Of a stretch of 64,000 bases of DNA, positions 59,813 through 64,000 are shown piece after piece (position 1 is the first letter of the stretch; each line of letters begins with the position of its first letter). Origin of the DNA: Brachyspira murdochii (GTDB lineage: Bacteria; Spirochaetota; JAAYUW01); NCBI GenBank assembly GCA_020722965.1, contig DYJT01000001.1:41416-105415 (forward strand). The letters are read 5' to 3'. The notes beneath the pieces are model-generated. The model was not told the origin of the DNA and made no database searches. It worked only from the letters and a program-made list of their open reading frames with translations. The position numbers and the translations under genes are program-made.

Positions 59813-62800
59813 GTGTCTATTTTAGCGATAATATTAATTTCAACGGCTATCTCTATAATAATATCAGTATTATTCAGGTTTTTCGATAAATCAAATCAAC
59901 AGCTTTCGAAACTAAAACTATTTGTTGAAAAATCAATAAAAGATTTAGATGCATTTATGGTAGAAAAAAAGCAAACAATTAAAGATCTTAGTATTGATTT
60001 AGATTTTAGTATTAAACAAGCTCAAGCTGTTTCTTCAAAATATGAAAAACAATATAATGATATAATGTTGTTTTTTTCAAAATTTCAGGATCAAAAGCAG
60101 GATATTGAAAATTTAAAAAAATCTATTTCTCAATTGAATGAGCTCAAGGAATCTGCATCAAAAGATATAACTAGAATTGAAAATGTGAATAACAAAATAG
60201 AACAATTTAAAAGAGAAATTGTAAATGTCGAAAAACAATGCAATTCCCTGAATGATTCCCTCCTATCAAAACAAGAATCGATGCGTGAACAGATCGAAGC
60301 ATATCTTTTAGAACTGCATGAGAAAGCTAACTCAGTTATTCAACAGAATGCAAAAAATCAATATGAAAAAATAAAATTAGTAGAATCTGATCTTAATAAA
60401 AAAATAGAAGAGTTAAAAAATATACTTGGCAATAGAGTTTCAGAATCAGAGAAAGAATTTGAAAAGATTATTTTAAATACTCACGAAAAGTTTCAAAAAA
60501 GCCTGGAAATTGTGGATGATAAGATTATAGAAATCAAAGAATCTATTTCAAGCTTTGAAATTAAAATATCTGAGATAGAAAAAGAAAAAGAAGATGAATT
60601 TGAAAAATCTCTTGCTGATATTATTCAAAATAATGAAATTAGGATAGATGAAAAAATTAAATCTATAGAATCTTTAAGAAATAGCATTAATCTATTATAC
60701 ATTCAATTGGAAGAAAAGGTAGATCTTTTTACAGATACTCTTGAGACAGAATCAGATAAAATGTTGGGGAAATTCAATAATGAACTTGTTCAGAGTTTTT
60801 CCGAAAAGACAAAGAAAATTGAAGAATATTTATTACAAAGTGAAAAACAATTGGGGCAGGTTACTCAAAAAATTGATAATATACAGGATGCAATCGACAA
60901 GATAATAAATTCAAAGGTAGCAGACATCGGCAAATATGTTTTGCATCTTGAGCAAAGAATAGCTAATTATCAAGAAACTGTTTATAAAGAAATAGAAAAG
61001 AAATTTACAAATCTTGATCTCGATGCAAGGGTGATAATAGAACAATTTAAAAATGAACTTTCTGTTTTGAATTCAGAATCTCTAAAGGAATTTGAACAAA
61101 AAGTAGATTCATTTGAAGACTCATTGCAGAAGATAGAAAATCAGCAAAAAATACTTAATAATGAATATTTATCAAGTTTCCAAAATGCTATTAACCAAAG
61201 TAAAGAACAATTCAATATCATATTAAGTAATCTTGCAGAATCTATAAATAATAGAATGCAGGAGATCGATAAAAATTCTAATTTAAAGATAGAAGATTTT
61301 TTGAAAAAAAATGATGCAAAATTTAAAGATTTTGAAATTTTGATTGAAGCTAAAAGAGCGACAACAGAAGATCAGTTAAAAACAATTATTAGCCAATTTG
61401 AGACAAAACAAAATGAACTTAAAGAGAATTTAAATATATTTGAAGCAAAGTTACCGGAAATTTACGAAGAAAATAATAAGAAGCTGACACAATTTGAAAA
61501 CAAAATTAATAATCTTTTTGAGATTCGTCTTTCAGATATAACTCAATCTCTATTAAAAAACCAGGATGATTATGTTAAAAACTTCGATAAAATTTACAAT
61601 GATTTCATCAATCAGGGGAATAATTTTATTCAAGAATTGAATCTATACAAAAATAGCCTTGCTTCTGAATTAAATGAATTTTCTAAAAAGAAAGAAGAAG
61701 TTTATTCAGAATTAGAAGATATAAAAAACAAAATAAATAGTGTTATACAAGAGAATGATAAAAACATATTAAATAAATTTAATCAAATTGAGCAGAAGAT
61801 AAATGAAAAATTGGAAAAAGTAAATCAGACTCAATCTCTTTTTAATGAATATATAAAAGGGATAGAAGACAAAAGACTATCTATAGAAAGTGAACTGCAA
61901 AAAGCCAAATCCGAATTATTTGAAGGCTTGAATTTAATTGAATCTGAAGTAAAAAAGAAGGAAGAAGATTTTGAGAAAAATTTAATTGAAAAGATCGAGA
62001 AAAATATAGAGAAGATTTCAAGTATAGAGAAAATGCTTAATGATAAGATTCAGTTAATTACTGAGAATGTCAATATAATCAATAAAAAGAGTGAGGAGAA
62101 AATCGAATCAACAATAGAAGAAGTATTAGATAGAATAGATAAGGAAAAAGGATTTTTATTATCGAAAATACCTTCTATGTATAAGCAATTGGAGGAATAT
62201 GATAATGTTTTAGATAATATTAAAAATACGATTGAAAATCTTGATAGTGGTATAGAGCAGAAGATAAAACAAGTAGAAACAAGCCTAGACGATAGTATTG
62301 AAAAAATTAGGGGAAATTATTTACAAAATATAAAAGATAATGAGAATAAATTAGATGAAATTAAAAATAAGATTGATGAATTTGATAAAATATTAAATTT
62401 AAAAAATCAAGAAAATATAGTTAAATATGAACAATTTTATGATAGCATGCAACAACAGACAAATGTAAAATTTAAAGATGCTTTTGACAATATTTCAAAA
62501 GATATTGAGGAACAAAAGGAAAAGATTTTTTCGCAGATTGATCAGTTGACTAAGAGTTTAAATCAAAAAATCGAAATGATCGGTAAATCAAACATAGAAA
62601 AGATAGATCAGCAGTTTGGTTCATTTGTTCAAAGTTTAAATCCAAGACAAGAAGAATTAGAGAAAAAAATATATAAATTAAAGGAAGAGCTTTCTATAAC
62701 TCAAGATAAATTAATTGAAATTAATAATGAGATTGAGCAGGTTTTTAATGAGTATAAAGAAGATTTTTCCAAAAAGAGTGAGGAAATCACTCAATTTATT

Positions 62801-64000
62801 GATAAATTTGAGGAGAATCTTGAACATACAAAGATGGAATATGCAAAATCTTTAGGAGATATTAACAAAAGGTTTGAAGATAATACATCAAGTTTAAAAT
62901 TTACTTTTGAGAATCAAATTAAAGAGTTGCTTGCTCAGCTTGAAAGTAAATATATTGATAGTGCAAAAGAGAATTTGAAGGTTTTAAATGAAAGATATAA
63001 TGAATTAGAGGAAAAGAAGGAATCCTTCAATGAAATGATAAAAAATCTTCAAAATATCGTTGATACTAAAGTCACAAAAATTTTAATAGAAAAAGAACAG
63101 GATATGAACGAAATAATAAATCGTTCTAAGGAAAATTTAAAAGCATCAATTGAAAATGTTTTATCTTCAAAGGATATGCTTCTGGATGATTTTAAAAACG
63201 ATCTTTTCAACATAAAATCCAAATCAAATGAATTATTTGACAGTATAGAAGATGAAATTAAGGAAAAATTTAGTGCAGTAGAAAATAAATTTAAACTTTA
63301 TGAAAATGAATTTTCCAGGCTGGAGGACAGGAATCAATATTTATCACAAATTAAAGAAGAAATTTTGAAAATTGATGAATTGATAAAAAACTATAGAAAT
63401 CAAATAGAGTTAATAAACTCAAAACAAAAGGAAACAGAAGAATTTTTGAAGAGTTTTGATGGTATAGATAAGGATCTAGAGGAATATTCTAAAAAAATAT
63501 TTGAACTTAGAAATGAGAGAAAAACCTTAGCAAGGCTAGAAGAGACATTCGATAGATTGGTTGTCTTATCGGCGAAGGCAGACAATCAATTTAATAAGGT
63601 TCAGAATGATATGGAAACAATAGAAAATATTAAGACTAAATTGCTTGATTTGGATCAGATGTTCAGGAAAGTTATGGATAAGTTTGGTTTATTAAAACAA
63701 TATGATGTTAAGTTATCCGAGCTAAATGATAATATTGTTAAATTGGAGAATGAATTTAAGTTAATGACCGGTGATAGTGAAAATATTAAAGAGCTTGTAA
63801 ACAATTTAAAAAATGAGAGCAAAAATTTAAATGATAAATTATTAAATCTGGAAAAGGAGATAATTTCAATAGAGAGAGAATCTAAAAAATTTGATTCCGC
63901 ACTAGATAAATTCGCTCAGATGGATGGTTTTATAGTCGATTTAGAGGAAAGAAATAAGCAATTAGAGCAAAAACAGGTTTGGCTTACTAAAACTGAGGAT
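59813..64000 (+). CDS. giant membrane-anchored coiled-coil protein (GTG start; 3' end beyond the window; at least 1,395 aa)
   Basis: Continuous open frame of 4,188 nt to the window end; AAGGGG lies 7 nt upstream of the GTG; N-terminal TM helix ILAIILISTAISIIISVLF; the rest is K/E/I/N/L-rich heptad-like sequence. Confidence 0.7.
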   Translation, partial: MSILAIILISTAISIIISVLFRFFDKSNQQLSKLKLFVEKSIKDLDAFMVEKKQTIKDLSIDLDFSIKQAQAVSSKYEKQYNDIMLFFSKFQDQKQDIENLKKSISQLNELKESASKDITRIENVNNKIEQFKREIVNVEKQCNSLNDSLLSKQESMREQIEAYLLELHEKANSVIQQNAKNQYEKIKLVESDLNKKIEELKNILGNRVSESEKEFEKIILNTHEKFQKSLEIVDDKIIEIKESISSFEIKISEIEKEKEDEFEKSLADIIQNNEIRIDEKIKSIESLRNSINLLYIQLEEKVDLFTDTLETESDKMLGKFNNELVQSFSEKTKKIEEYLLQSEKQLGQVTQKIDNIQDAIDKIINSKVADIGKYVLHLEQRIANYQETVYKEIEKKFTNLDLDARVIIEQFKNELSVLNSESLKEFEQKVDSFEDSLQKIENQQKILNNEYLSSFQNAINQSKEQFNIILSNLAESINNRMQEIDKNSNLKIEDFLKKNDAKFKDFEILIEAKRATTEDQLKTIISQFETKQNELKENLNIFEAKLPEIYEENNKKLTQFENKINNLFEIRLSDITQSLLKNQDDYVKNFDKIYNDFINQGNNFIQELNLYKNSLASELNEFSKKKEEVYSELEDIKNKINSVIQENDKNILNKFNQIEQKINEKLEKVNQTQSLFNEYIKGIEDKRLSIESELQKAKSELFEGLNLIESEVKKKEEDFEKNLIEKIEKNIEKISSIEKMLNDKIQLITENVNIINKKSEEKIESTIEEVLDRIDKEKGFLLSKIPSMYKQLEEYDNVLDNIKNTIENLDSGIEQKIKQVETSLDDSIEKIRGNYLQNIKDNENKLDEIKNKIDEFDKILNLKNQENIVKYEQFYDSMQQQTNVKFKDAFDNISKDIEEQKEKIFSQIDQLTKSLNQKIEMIGKSNIEKIDQQFGSFVQSLNPRQEELEKKIYKLKEELSITQDKLIEINNEIEQVFNEYKEDFSKKSEEITQFIDKFEENLEHTKMEYAKSLGDINKRFEDNTSSLKFTFENQIKELLAQLESKYIDSAKENLKVLNERYNELEEKKESFNEMIKNLQNIVDTKVTKILIEKEQDMNEIINRSKENLKASIENVLSSKDMLLDDFKNDLFNIKSKSNELFDSIEDEIKEKFSAVENKFKLYENEFSRLEDRNQYLSQIKEEILKIDELIKNYRNQIELINSKQKETEEFLKSFDGIDKDLEEYSKKIFELRNERKTLARLEETFDRLVVLSAKADNQFNKVQNDMETIENIKTKLLDLDQMFRKVMDKFGLLKQYDVKLSELNDNIVKLENEFKLMTGDSENIKELVNNLKNESKNLNDKLLNLEKEIISIERESKKFDSALDKFAQMDGFIVDLEERNKQLEQKQVWLTKTED

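Noticed and set aside
1-64000. CRISPR arrays, integrase or transposase genes, prophage or integrative elements next to the four tRNA genes
   Set aside because: No direct-repeat/spacer periodicity was found anywhere. The tRNA genes are flanked by housekeeping genes (mnmE, lplA-like, nif3, recJ block) with no recombinase, att-like duplication or phage-like ORFs.

Overview
Low-GC (roughly 30%), gene-dense bacterial chromosome segment centred on the replication origin. Minus-strand genes mnmE, jag/khpB, yidC, yidD, rnpA and rpmH abut a plus-strand block dnaA, dnaN, recF, a DUF721 (DciA-like) gene, gyrB and gyrA; the strand switch falls between rpmH and dnaA. This synteny (notably recF-DUF721-gyrB) resembles spirochaete origin regions, but the lineage cannot be assigned from sequence alone. 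Downstream lie a SWIM-SNF2 helicase, mnmG-rsmG-parA-parB, a short LplA/LipM-like lipoyl ligase, two tRNA-Gly genes, Nif3, a class-V PLP-fold protein, YfiH, an unusual LysRS with a C-terminal HD domain, a phosphohexomutase, CinA, an M16 peptidase pair, a complete glyA-gcvT-gcvH-gcvPA-gcvPB cluster, valS, proS, rnhB and a MiaB-family methylthiotransferase. A second-messenger-related neighbourhood holds three stand-alone cNMP-binding proteins, a zinc-ribbon-HDOD protein and an HD-GYP protein, followed by tRNA-Cys and tRNA-Leu, then recJ, a pyrimidine-nucleoside phosphorylase, and a more than 1,395-aa membrane-anchored coiled-coil protein that runs off the window end. I saw no CRISPR array, integrase, transposase, prophage or rRNA and no obvious defence island. 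The window is mostly core housekeeping; the most unusual items are the LysRS-HD fusion, the cNMP/HDOD/HD-GYP cluster and the giant coiled-coil protein. All calls come from reading the six-frame ORF track against known protein family motifs and from manual tRNA folding; nothing was searched against a database.
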